From: Candidatus Woesearchaeota archaeon
GTDB lineage: Archaea > Nanobdellota > Nanobdellia > Woesearchaeales > GW2011-AR4
DNA: 64,000 nt
NCBI GenBank assembly: GCA_016181305.1
Contig: JACOZN010000013.1
Span: 15,686-79,685, forward strand
Direction of reading: 5' to 3'
A program made the position numbers and the translations under genes. Shown in pieces: positions 50,345 through 59,035 of the stretch. The notes beneath the pieces were generated by a model, which searched no databases, was not told the DNA's origin, and saw only the letters and a list, made by a program, of their open reading frames with translations. Numbering within the stretch: position 1 is the stretch's first letter; each line of letters opens with the position of its first letter.

Positions 50345-52069
50345 ATGGACAAAGGAGTTTTGTACAGGATTGCAGGCCCTGTTGTTGTAGCCAAAGGCAT
50401 AAAGCCCAGGATGTACGATGTGTGCAGGGTTGGCAACGAGAAACTGATGGGCGAGGTAATCCAGATTGAAGGAGAGAAAACCATCATTCAGGTTTATGAG
50501 GATACTTCAGGCATTAAGCCGGGAGAGCCGGTTGTCAACACAGGCGAGCCTTTAAAGGTCGAGCTCGGCCCCGGAATGCTCGGCAGCATTTATGACGGAA
50601 TCCAAAGGCCGCTGCCTGTCCTTATCAAGCAGATGGGCGACTTCATAAAAAGGGGAGTTGATGCGCCCGGGCTTGACTATGCAAAAAAATGGGACTTCAG
50701 GGCTGTTGTCAAGAGCGGCGAGCAGGTTGCCGGCGGCAGCATAATAGGCGAGATAGAAGAAAATCCAGGCATTATGCATAAGATTCTTGTGCCTCCCAAT
50801 CAAAAAGGAAAAATTGCGGAAATCAAGTCAGGAAAGTTTACAGTCAATGATGTCATAGGAAAACTTGACAACGGGTTTGAGCTGAAGCTGAAGCACAACT
50901 GGCCTGTAAGGGCTGCAAGGCCTGTAAGCTCAAAATTAAAGCCTGAAGCGCCTTTGATAACAGGGCAGAGAATTTTTGATGCATTGTTTCCGCTGGCAAA
51001 AGGAGGAGTTGCTGCAATACCTGGGCCTTTCGGCGCAGGAAAGACAGTTTCCCAGCAGCAGCTGGCGAAATGGAGCGATGCTGACATCATTGTTTATGTA
51101 GGCTGCGGCGAAAGGGGAAATGAGATGACAGAGGTTCTTACAGAGTTTCCCGAGCTTATTGATCCAAAAAGCGGCAAGCCCCTGATGAACAGGACAGTGC
51201 TCATTGCAAACACAAGCAACATGCCTGTTGCGGCAAGGGAGGCAAGCATCTATACAGGCATTACAATTGCAGAGTATTTCAGGGACATGGGATACTCTGT
51301 TGCATTGATGGCTGACTCAACTTCAAGATGGGCGGAAGCGATGAGGGAAATTTCATCGAGACTGGAAGAGATGCCGGGCGAGGAAGGATATCCTGCATAT
51401 CTGTCAACAAGGCTTGCGCAGTTTTATGAAAGATCTGGAAGAGTAATTCCGCTTGGCACAAAAAAAGAAGGAAGCGTGAGCGTAATCGGGGCTGTTTCGC
51501 CTCCGGGAGGAGATTTTTCAGAGCCTGTAACCCAAAGCACTTTGAGGGTTACAAAAGTGTTCTGGGCTCTTGATGCAAAGCTGGCGCAGAGAAGGCATTT
51601 TCCCAGCATAAACTGGCTTACTTCATATTCGCTGTACCTGAACGCCCTTGAGCCGTGGTTTGCCAAAAATGTCTCGTCAGGGTGGAGTGGCCTGGTGACA
51701 GAGATGATGGGGGTGCTGCAGGAAGAGGAAAAACTGCTTGAGATTGTGCAGTTGGTAGGCTCTGACGCGCTGCCTGAAAGGCAGCAACTGACTTTGCTTG
51801 TTGCTCGCTTGATAAGGGAGGTTTTGCTGCAGCAGAATGCATTCCATGAAATCGACACATTCTGCGAGCTGAAGAAGACATACTCCATCATGAAGACAAT
51901 ATCCAATTTTTCAAAAATGGCGAACACAGCAATGGACTCTGGCATGAGGGTGCACCAGATACTTGCGGCAAAGGCAAAGGACAGGCTGGGCGAAGTCAAG
52001 TTTGTAAAGGATTACGAAAGACTGCTTGATGAATTAACGAAACAGATGGAAAAAGAATTGAAGGCTTGA
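50345..52069 (+). CDS. atpA: A/V-type ATP synthase subunit A
   Basis: [42 protein letters not shown]. Confidence 0.98.
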   Translation: MDKGVLYRIAGPVVVAKGIKPRMYDVCRVGNEKLMGEVIQIEGEKTIIQVYEDTSGIKPGEPVVNTGEPLKVELGPGMLGSIYDGIQRPLPVLIKQMGDFIKRGVDAPGLDYAKKWDFRAVVKSGEQVAGGSIIGEIEENPGIMHKILVPPNQKGKIAEIKSGKFTVNDVIGKLDNGFELKLKHNWPVRAARPVSSKLKPEAPLITGQRIFDALFPLAKGGVAAIPGPFGAGKTVSQQQLAKWSDADIIVYVGCGERGNEMTEVLTEFPELIDPKSGKPLMNRTVLIANTSNMPVAAREASIYTGITIAEYFRDMGYSVALMADSTSRWAEAMREISSRLEEMPGEEGYPAYLSTRLAQFYERSGRVIPLGTKKEGSVSVIGAVSPPGGDFSEPVTQSTLRVTKVFWALDAKLAQRRHFPSINWLTSYSLYLNALEPWFAKNVSSGWSGLVTEMMGVLQEEEKLLEIVQLVGSDALPERQQLTLLVARLIREVLLQQNAFHEIDTFCELKKTYSIMKTISNFSKMANTAMDSGMRVHQILAAKAKDRLGEVKFVKDYERLLDELTKQMEKELKA

Positions 52070-52129
52070 AAAAATTATGATTAAGGAAACAAATAATAAA
52101 ATTCATTAAAAAATTAAAAATAAAAAAAC

Positions 52130-52173
52130 ACGAGAGCGTCCTCTAAATGTAATTGCGTTGGAGGAGACCCGCT
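52130..52173 (+). ncRNA. ACGAG bulged-hairpin motif, copy B
   Basis: ACGAG AGCG TCCTC [17 nt] GAGGA GACC CGCT between atpA and atpB. Confidence 0.75.
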
Positions 52174-52193
52174 TGTGATTTAAAAAACATAAA

Positions 52194-53564
52194 ATGAAGG
52201 AATACAAGACAATCAACAGAGTTGCAGGGCCTTTGATTTTCGTCGAGAAGACAGAGCCTATCGGGTATGCGGACATAGTTAAGATTGCATTGCCGAATGG
52301 TGACATAAAAAACGGGCAGGTCCTGGACACAAGCAACGACATTGTTGTTGTGCAGGTTTTTGAGGGAACTTCAGGCATTGATGTTGATTCAAGGGTGAAA
52401 TTTCTCGGGGACACCTTAAAGCTTAATGTCTCAAAGGACATGCTCGGCAGGATTCTAAGCGGCTCAGGCAAGCCGATTGACAATGGCCCTGAAGTAATCC
52501 CAGAGAAAAGGCTTGACATTATCGGAGCAGCTATAAATCCTTTTGCAAGGGGCTCTCCGCATGACTTCATACAAACTGGATTGTCGACAATTGATGCAAT
52601 GAACACTCTTGTACGAGGGCAGAAACTGCCTTTGTTTTCAGGCTCGGGACTGCCGCACAATGAGATTGCTTTGCAGATTGCCAGGCAGGCAAAAGTCATA
52701 GGAAAGCAGGAAAATTTCGTTGTTGTATTCGCGGCAATGGGCATAACAAATGAGGAAGCCCAGTATTTTATCAATGACTTCAGGCAGACAGGCGCTTTGG
52801 AAAGAAGCGTTGTCTTTTTGAACCTTGCAAATGATCCTGCTGTTGAAAGGCTTGTCACGCCAAGAATGGCATTGACTGCAGCGGAGTATTTTGCATACGA
52901 GCATGACGCCCATGTCCTTGTTATTTTGACAGACATGACAAACTATTGCGAGTCTTTGAGGGAGATAGGGGCTGCGCGTGAGGAGATTCCGGGAAGAAGG
53001 GGCTATCCCGGGTACATGTACACTGACTTGGCAACAATCTATGAAAGGGCTGGAGTCATAAAAGGAAAAAAAGGCAGCGTCACTCAAATCCCTATCCTTA
53101 CAATGGTGGGCGATGATATCACGCATCCGATTCCTGATTTGACCGGCTACATAACAGAAGGGCAGATTGTCCTGATGAGGGAGCTGCACAGGAAGGGAAT
53201 CTATCCATGCATTGACGTCCTGCCGTCGCTTTCAAGGCTGATGAACCTTGGCATAGGGCCGACAAGGACAAGGGAGGACCACAAGCAGGCAAGCGACCAG
53301 ATGTACGCTGCCTATGCAGAAGGAAGGGATTTGAGAGGGCTTGTCGCAATAGTCGGCGAGGAAGCCTTAAGCGAAAGGGACAGGAAACTGCTTAAGTTCG
53401 CTGCTGAGTTCGAGGACAAGTTTGTAAGGCAGCGTAGAGATGAGGACAGGAGCATTACAGAAACTCTTGACCTGGGATGGGGGTTATTGGGAATACTGCC
53501 GGAGAATGAGCTGACAAGGATAAGCCCTGAATTGAGGAAGAAATATTACAAAAAGATGGAGTGA
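52194..53564 (+). CDS. atpB: A/V-type ATP synthase subunit B
   Basis: [51 protein letters not shown]. Confidence 0.98.
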   Translation: MKEYKTINRVAGPLIFVEKTEPIGYADIVKIALPNGDIKNGQVLDTSNDIVVVQVFEGTSGIDVDSRVKFLGDTLKLNVSKDMLGRILSGSGKPIDNGPEVIPEKRLDIIGAAINPFARGSPHDFIQTGLSTIDAMNTLVRGQKLPLFSGSGLPHNEIALQIARQAKVIGKQENFVVVFAAMGITNEEAQYFINDFRQTGALERSVVFLNLANDPAVERLVTPRMALTAAEYFAYEHDAHVLVILTDMTNYCESLREIGAAREEIPGRRGYPGYMYTDLATIYERAGVIKGKKGSVTQIPILTMVGDDITHPIPDLTGYITEGQIVLMRELHRKGIYPCIDVLPSLSRLMNLGIGPTRTREDHKQASDQMYAAYAEGRDLRGLVAIVGEEALSERDRKLLKFAAEFEDKFVRQRRDEDRSITETLDLGWGLLGILPENELTRISPELRKKYYKKME

Positions 53565-53599
53565 AAAAAGATTGTTTCAAATAAAAACCCAGTTTTGCC

Positions 53600-54116
53600 A
53601 TGCCCCAAGACATTAAGCCGACAAGAAGCGAACTGCTGAAATTAAAAAAGCAGATTAAGCTAGCAAAATCCGGCTACAGCCTGCTGAAAAAGAAAAGGGA
53701 CGGCCTGATTCTTGAGTTTTTTGAAATCCTGAAGAAGGCAAAGACTTTAAGGGAAGAGTTGGTAAATGAATACAAGGCTGCATTGGAAAAAATCAACATT
53801 GCAAGGACTCTGGAAGGCGACTTGAAAGTCAAGTCAATTGCAATGGCAATAAAAAACATTCCTGATGTAAAGCTCACGACAAATAACATAATGGGAGTCA
53901 AGGTCCCGAAAATAGAAAGCTCTGAAATTAAAAAGGCGTTCATGGAAAGGGGCTACGGCGTTTACAATTCCTCGGCAGTTGACGAGGCTGCTGAATGCCC
54001 TTGAGTTTGTGGTTATCCCGAATCTTGACAGGGTGAGGTCATTCATACAGCTGAGGCTGGAGGAGATAGAGAGGGAGAACATCTTCAGGATGAAGAGGAT
54101 AAAGGCAAAAGCCTGA
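53600..54116 (+). pseudogene. atpD: A/V-type ATP synthase subunit D, split by a deletion/frameshift at about 53994
   Basis: PTRSELLKLK..LLKKKRDGL in ORF1; NALEFVVIP..RLEEIERENIFRMK in the shifted frame 53994-54116. Confidence 0.92.
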
Positions 54117-54238
54117 TGAAAAAGAAAACAAAGCAAAAGACTTTGGTTTGGACTGCGATTATAATAACTGCTTTTAATTTTTTGCTGGTTATAGCGTTTC
54201 TTGTTTATCTTTATTTCTGGATTAAGGGGGGAAGTTGA
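54116..54238 (+). CDS. Putative 40-aa single-TM protein coupled to the atpD stop
   Basis: Manual translation MKKKTKQKTLVWTAIIITAFNFLLVIAFLVYLYFWIKGGS; TGATG overlap. Confidence 0.55.
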   Translation: MKKKTKQKTLVWTAIIITAFNFLLVIAFLVYLYFWIKGGS

Positions 54239-54308
54239 ATAATAATTTTTAAAACCGAAACCTTTATATATTAATTATATATATTTATATATATAAATAT
54301 ATACTAAA

Positions 54309-54653
54309 ATGTTAGCTTTAAACAAGAAGGATTTAATCGGCATAAACCAGCAAATAGGATGCAACGGGAAATTGCACAATGAGGACAGCATTGACTTTGC
54401 ATTGTCAATTGCAAAGCAAAACAAAAGCTGGCTCTATGAGCTAAGCTATATTGTCAGAAGCTTGCTAGTTGACCATTGCTTTGAAGATGGAAACAAAAGA
54501 AGTGCAATAGTTGTTATAATAACCTATTTTGATAATAATAATATGGATTATGATAGAGACAAATTGACAAAAACTGTTTGGAATATTTCGAAGAAAAACA
54601 TAACTGATATAAACAAATTGATGAGGTTGATAAAAAATGCCATCGTTCCTTGA
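54309..54653 (+). CDS. Fic/Doc family protein (Doc-type motif)
   Basis: HCFEDGNKRSA. Confidence 0.88.
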   Translation: MLALNKKDLIGINQQIGCNGKLHNEDSIDFALSIAKQNKSWLYELSYIVRSLLVDHCFEDGNKRSAIVVIITYFDNNNMDYDRDKLTKTVWNISKKNITDINKLMRLIKNAIVP

Positions 54654-54876
54654 CAAAGCCAAAGAAGTTATCGCAAGAAACCAAGATGTTTTAAATGCGC
54701 TTGAAGAATTGGACAGAACTGGCAAACTCAGAAAAGTCAATTACAAAACAAGAGTTGCTTTTACATTAGATGAAGAGCTATTCAACAAATTCAGGGCTTA
54801 CTGCAAGGAAAATGGAATAAATATGTCTGGAAGGATAGAAAGTTACATAAGAAAAGAGTTAAAGCAAATCAAATAA
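54637..54876 (+). CDS. Ribbon-helix-helix (CopG-like) protein, candidate antitoxin
   Basis: RVAFTLDEELFNKFRAYCKENGINMSGRIESYI; overlaps the Fic gene. Confidence 0.8.
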   Translation: MPSFLDKAKEVIARNQDVLNALEELDRTGKLRKVNYKTRVAFTLDEELFNKFRAYCKENGINMSGRIESYIRKELKQIK

Positions 54877-54929
54877 AAATATTTGTAAAACCGCAAACCT
54901 TTTAAAAAATTCCAATCAACTACTATCTC

Positions 54930-56120
54930 ATGCACAAATTTTTCACTCTTAATGACTTGGATGTCCAAGGAAAAAGGGTTCTTGTAAGAGTAGACTTTAA
55001 TGTTCCTCTGGACAAGAAAACAAACGAGATTACGGATGACAAAAGGATAAGGGAAAGCCTGCCCACAATAGAATTTCTTGCTGAAAGAAATGCAAAAGTG
55101 ATTTTATGCTCGCATCTTGGCAGGCCTGATGGAAAAGTTGTTGAATCTTTGAGAATGGACAAAGTGGCTTTAAGACTGGGGCAATTGCTCGATAAAGATG
55201 TCAAAAAATCGGATGACTGTGTCGGCGATGAAGTTAAAGAAGAGATAGCACGTATGAATAATGGCAGCGTTGCTTTATTGGAAAATCTGAGATTCCATCC
55301 CGAAGAGGAAGCGAATGATGAAAACTTCTCAAAACAGCTTGCAGGGCTTGCTGATTTATATGTCAATGATGCATTCGGAACTTGCCACAGGGCGCATGCA
55401 TCAACTTATGGCGTTGCAAAGCACCTGAGATCCGCTGCCGGATTTCTTGTCGAGAAGGAATTAAGGATCATGGGAAAAGCAATGGGGAACCCCGACAAGC
55501 CTTTCATCGGCATTCTCGGCGGGGCGAAGATTTCCGACAAGATAAAAGTGATAGAAAATTTATTGAAAAAAGTCGACAAGCTGTTAATAGGGGGCGCAAT
55601 GGTTTTTACCTTCCTTAAAGCGCAGGGAAAGAATATCGGCAACTCAAAAATCGAGAATGAATATGCTGAATTGGCAAAAAAACTGCTGAATAACAAAAAA
55701 ATCATATTGCCTGTTGATGTTGTAATTGCCGACAAATTTGACGCAAATGCAGATTCAAAAATTACCGGTACAGATAATATGCCAAATGGCTGGATGGGGC
55801 TTGACATAGGCCCAAAAACAACAGAGTATTACAAGAAGATTCTAAAAAATGCAAAAACAGTTTTATGGAGCGGCCCTCTCGGAGTTTTTGAGTTTGAAAA
55901 GTTTGCAAGCGGCACAAAAGAGATTGCAAAGTTTTTAGCTAGCTTGAAGGCAACAACCATTGTAGGCGGCGGAGACACAGCAGCAGCGGTTGAGAAATTC
56001 GGATATGCCGGCAAATTGACTCATGTAAGCACGGGCGGAGGCGCTTCATTGGAGTTTTTTGAAGGAAAGAAGCTGCCCGGAATATGGGCGCTGGAAGAGA
56101 GCTACAAAAAGTTTAAGTAG
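54930..56120 (+). CDS. pgk: Phosphoglycerate kinase
   Basis: LVRVDFNVP, SHLGRP, LLENLRF, NDAFGTCHRAHAS, GGAKISDK, HVSTGGGASL. Confidence 0.98.
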   Translation: MHKFFTLNDLDVQGKRVLVRVDFNVPLDKKTNEITDDKRIRESLPTIEFLAERNAKVILCSHLGRPDGKVVESLRMDKVALRLGQLLDKDVKKSDDCVGDEVKEEIARMNNGSVALLENLRFHPEEEANDENFSKQLAGLADLYVNDAFGTCHRAHASTYGVAKHLRSAAGFLVEKELRIMGKAMGNPDKPFIGILGGAKISDKIKVIENLLKKVDKLLIGGAMVFTFLKAQGKNIGNSKIENEYAELAKKLLNNKKIILPVDVVIADKFDANADSKITGTDNMPNGWMGLDIGPKTTEYYKKILKNAKTVLWSGPLGVFEFEKFASGTKEIAKFLASLKATTIVGGGDTAAAVEKFGYAGKLTHVSTGGGASLEFFEGKKLPGIWALEESYKKFK

Positions 56121-56141
56121 TTGAATTCTAATCGTTTAATT

Positions 56142-56813
56142 ATGTGGATTACAAAGCTTAAATTAAAGCATCAGGACTGCCCTATTGTAAATAGGTGCGT
56201 TAAATTCAATATTGTCGTTCTTTCTTACCCCAGCAGTTGGTATGACCAAAAAGGAAAAAAGTATGCAACAACCACATGTTATTTTCAAAGCAACGATGAA
56301 AATCAAAAAAATAAATTTATTGATGATTTGAGGGCGGACAGGCGCATAACCAATCTTGAAGTTTCCGGAGATGTTTTCACTTACGAAATTAATCTCGGCA
56401 AAGAAGGCGAGCATGTGATGATTTACCACAACAAAAACATTATTTTTGTCAAGCCTACAATTAATCATTATGACGGGCACGAGTACTGGGAGGTTGCTTC
56501 ATGGAAAAGGGAGGAGCTTGAGGATTTCATAAAGGCGCTAAAAAGCCACATGGATGTCTGCGAAATAATGAAGCTTGAAAACTCTCCCTTAACTGATGTT
56601 TACTTTCCTAATGTCATGCCAAAGTTGTCCAATCACCAAAAGACAGCGCTGGAGATTGCGTACAGGAACGGCTATTACTCTTATCCAAGAAAAATGACTT
56701 TGGAGCAGCTTGCCAAGATTGCAAAAGTGGGAATTTCCACATTTCAGGAGCATCTGAGAAAGGCTGAGCTTAAATTACTGCCTGTAATAATTGAGCAGCA
56801 GATTAAAAAGTAG
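56142..56813 (+). CDS. Bat/HTH-10 family transcriptional regulator
   Basis: LSNHQKTALEIAYRNGYYSYPRKMTLEQLAKIAKVGISTFQEHLRKAE. Confidence 0.92.
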   Translation: MWITKLKLKHQDCPIVNRCVKFNIVVLSYPSSWYDQKGKKYATTTCYFQSNDENQKNKFIDDLRADRRITNLEVSGDVFTYEINLGKEGEHVMIYHNKNIIFVKPTINHYDGHEYWEVASWKREELEDFIKALKSHMDVCEIMKLENSPLTDVYFPNVMPKLSNHQKTALEIAYRNGYYSYPRKMTLEQLAKIAKVGISTFQEHLRKAELKLLPVIIEQQIKK

Positions 56814-56816
56814 GTA

Positions 56817-56870
56817 TCGAACAATTTCGGCTTTTTCTTTTAATATAACATAAAAACCGAATAATTTCGG
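56817..56870. promoter_or_regulatory. Pair of 14-bp imperfect palindromes, candidate operator
   Basis: TCGAACAATTTCGG (56817-56830) and CCGAATAATTTCGG (56857-56870), 40 bp apart. Confidence 0.55.
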
Positions 56871-56912
56871 GTAAAATTTGATATTCTGAGGCTTATTTAA
56901 TACTATTATGAA

Positions 56913-57691
56913 GTGATAAACATGGCTCTAGAAGACAAGCTGGAAAATGGAAGCAATAATTATGAATCAGCTCTTGAGGCAAAGCTGAACAAAAAGTCAA
57001 GCTGGTTTAAGATTGCATTAAACACGCTCCTTTACACTCCTGTTCTGGCAGTGTCTGCGGCAATTTTTGGCCATGTTGCAGTTTTGTCAACTGCAATCCC
57101 AGCAATAGGCTACACAATTGGCGGATGGTATGAGAATAAAAAAAAGGGAACAGGGTAAGAAGAGAGGCATATACGGGAAATATCATGGGGCTTCTCGACT
57201 ACTGGCTTTTTTCAATGCCTGAGAAATTGTTTAAGGCGTATCCTGCAATCTTCAACTCCGATACATTTTCAGGCATGCTTGCGACTTCTCTTGCCTTTAA
57301 CCCGCTTTTGTTTATTCCTGTGAATATAGCTTATGGCGCATTCTTCTATTTAAGGGACAAAATAGGATTTGGAAGAGCCCTTAAGGGCATTTTCAATGGA
57401 AAAATCTCAAATTACCTGAAAAATACGTACCAAAATCTAAAGCAAAATCTCTGGAGCGACACAAAAAATGTCTTCAAGTACCTTTTTCCATTGCATTTCT
57501 TCCAGACGCATTACCTTCCAAGCATTGCACAGGGTATTCCGTATTTAAGGGAAATGCCTGCAGCCTCTCTTAGAATGACGCAAAGCGCTTTGGTAAACAA
57601 CCCAATATACAGGCTGATAATGGGGAGACAGAAGAAGCAGGAATATACAATGCCAGCTTATTCACGAAATTATTCATCAGCTTATGCCTAG
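56913..57691 (+). pseudogene. Membrane protein gene split by a frameshift near 57150
   Basis: ORF 56913-57158 ends KKKGTG*; the frame of 57185-57691 extends upstream as RVRREAYTGNIMG from 57152. Confidence 0.6.
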
Positions 57692-57695
57692 CAGT

Positions 57696-58880
57696 TCAAA
57701 CAACAACCCTGATTTCCTCCCCAAAAATCCCCTTCATGGAGCTTTCAATCTCATTTTTTAAGCTTTCAATTGAACTGCCCAGCCTGACAACATCGTTATT
57801 CAATATGCTAAATTCCTCATTGCTTCTCTCTATCCTCAAGTTGACATCCTCCAGCTGCCTGTTGAAGTCCCTGAATTTCTCAGAGACCCCGGTTGCCTTT
57901 ATCTTATTGTCTATTCCTTCTATTTCGGCCTTGAACGAGAAGTATTTTTTAACAAAACTCTCAAGAAACTCCCTGCTTAGTTTTTTAATTTCCTCAAACG
58001 CCTTTTCCCTTTTCTTGTCGTCTATCTGTATTTGATTTCCTTTTAATGCTTTCTCCAAGTTCGCAAGAACATCAACAATCACCAGATTTTTGTCATTTGC
58101 CAGAGTTTCAATGGGGTTTTTCAGGTAGTCCAAAATGGCCTCCTCGTGCTCAAAGGCAATATGCGAGTATTTTCTCAGCGGCCTTTCCAGAGCGGAGAAT
58201 GCCTGCATGAGGCTGTTTTCGTCGTTGTAGAAGGCATTTGCCTTGGCTTTTTTCTCTTCGTTAAGCTTCAGGAAATTGCTGTGGGCTTCGCTTGCATTGA
58301 ATTTTCCTATATCGGCCATGATTTTGTTCTTTTCCTCGCTTGCAAGCTTCAGGCTGGCTTCCATGTCCCTAAAGTCGACATCCGCATTTATTTTTTGGCT
58401 TATTTTTGCCTTCATGCCTCGTATTTTTTCCCTTGCATTGTTGACTGAAACAACCCTTTCATTGTTCAATGCGGATTTCAGCTCTGAAAAAAGGGCGTCA
58501 AAATTCTTCAGGTTATGGGCAATCCTGCCTGCCTCATTGGCAAAGAATTCCTGAAGTATCGTATAGCTCCTCAAGGTGCCCTTATTAAGCTCGTTAATCA
58601 TCCCGTCAAATTGCTTGCAGAAGCCGACAAGGTAGAAATAATCCCTGTTGTTGATTTCCATATGCCCGAGGAAAGAGTTAATGGCCCTGACATAGGCTTT
58701 CCTGTTGTGAAGCTCCTCTCCAATCCTCATTAAGATCCCTTCTGACTGCTGATTAACGTCTTCCATCAGCGGCTTTGCCCTTTCATTAAGCCAGGCTTCA
58801 AGGTTTTGCAGGCTTACTTCTGTTGTTTTCTTGGTTTCTGGTTCTTCGTCTTTGAATATTTTTTTCAGAAATTCCAGCAT
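57696..58880 (-). CDS. Hypothetical coiled-coil protein
   Basis: 394-aa helical ORF with typical codon usage. Confidence 0.8.
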   Translation of the reverse strand: MLEFLKKIFKDEEPETKKTTEVSLQNLEAWLNERAKPLMEDVNQQSEGILMRIGEELHNRKAYVRAINSFLGHMEINNRDYFYLVGFCKQFDGMINELNKGTLRSYTILQEFFANEAGRIAHNLKNFDALFSELKSALNNERVVSVNNAREKIRGMKAKISQKINADVDFRDMEASLKLASEEKNKIMADIGKFNASEAHSNFLKLNEEKKAKANAFYNDENSLMQAFSALERPLRKYSHIAFEHEEAILDYLKNPIETLANDKNLVIVDVLANLEKALKGNQIQIDDKKREKAFEEIKKLSREFLESFVKKYFSFKAEIEGIDNKIKATGVSEKFRDFNRQLEDVNLRIERSNEEFSILNNDVVRLGSSIESLKNEIESSMKGIFGEEIRVVV

Positions 58881-59035
58881 TTTATATTGACTAGAAGCTT
58901 AGTACATATAATTTTTACTATTTTTGAAGGGTTAAAACAATTACGAAAAGCAGCGTAAAAACAAAATTTTTACTGGGCTTTGAAAAACTGGCGTTTCTCA
59001 AAACCTTTATAAACCACCTAATTTTCCCACTTTGG

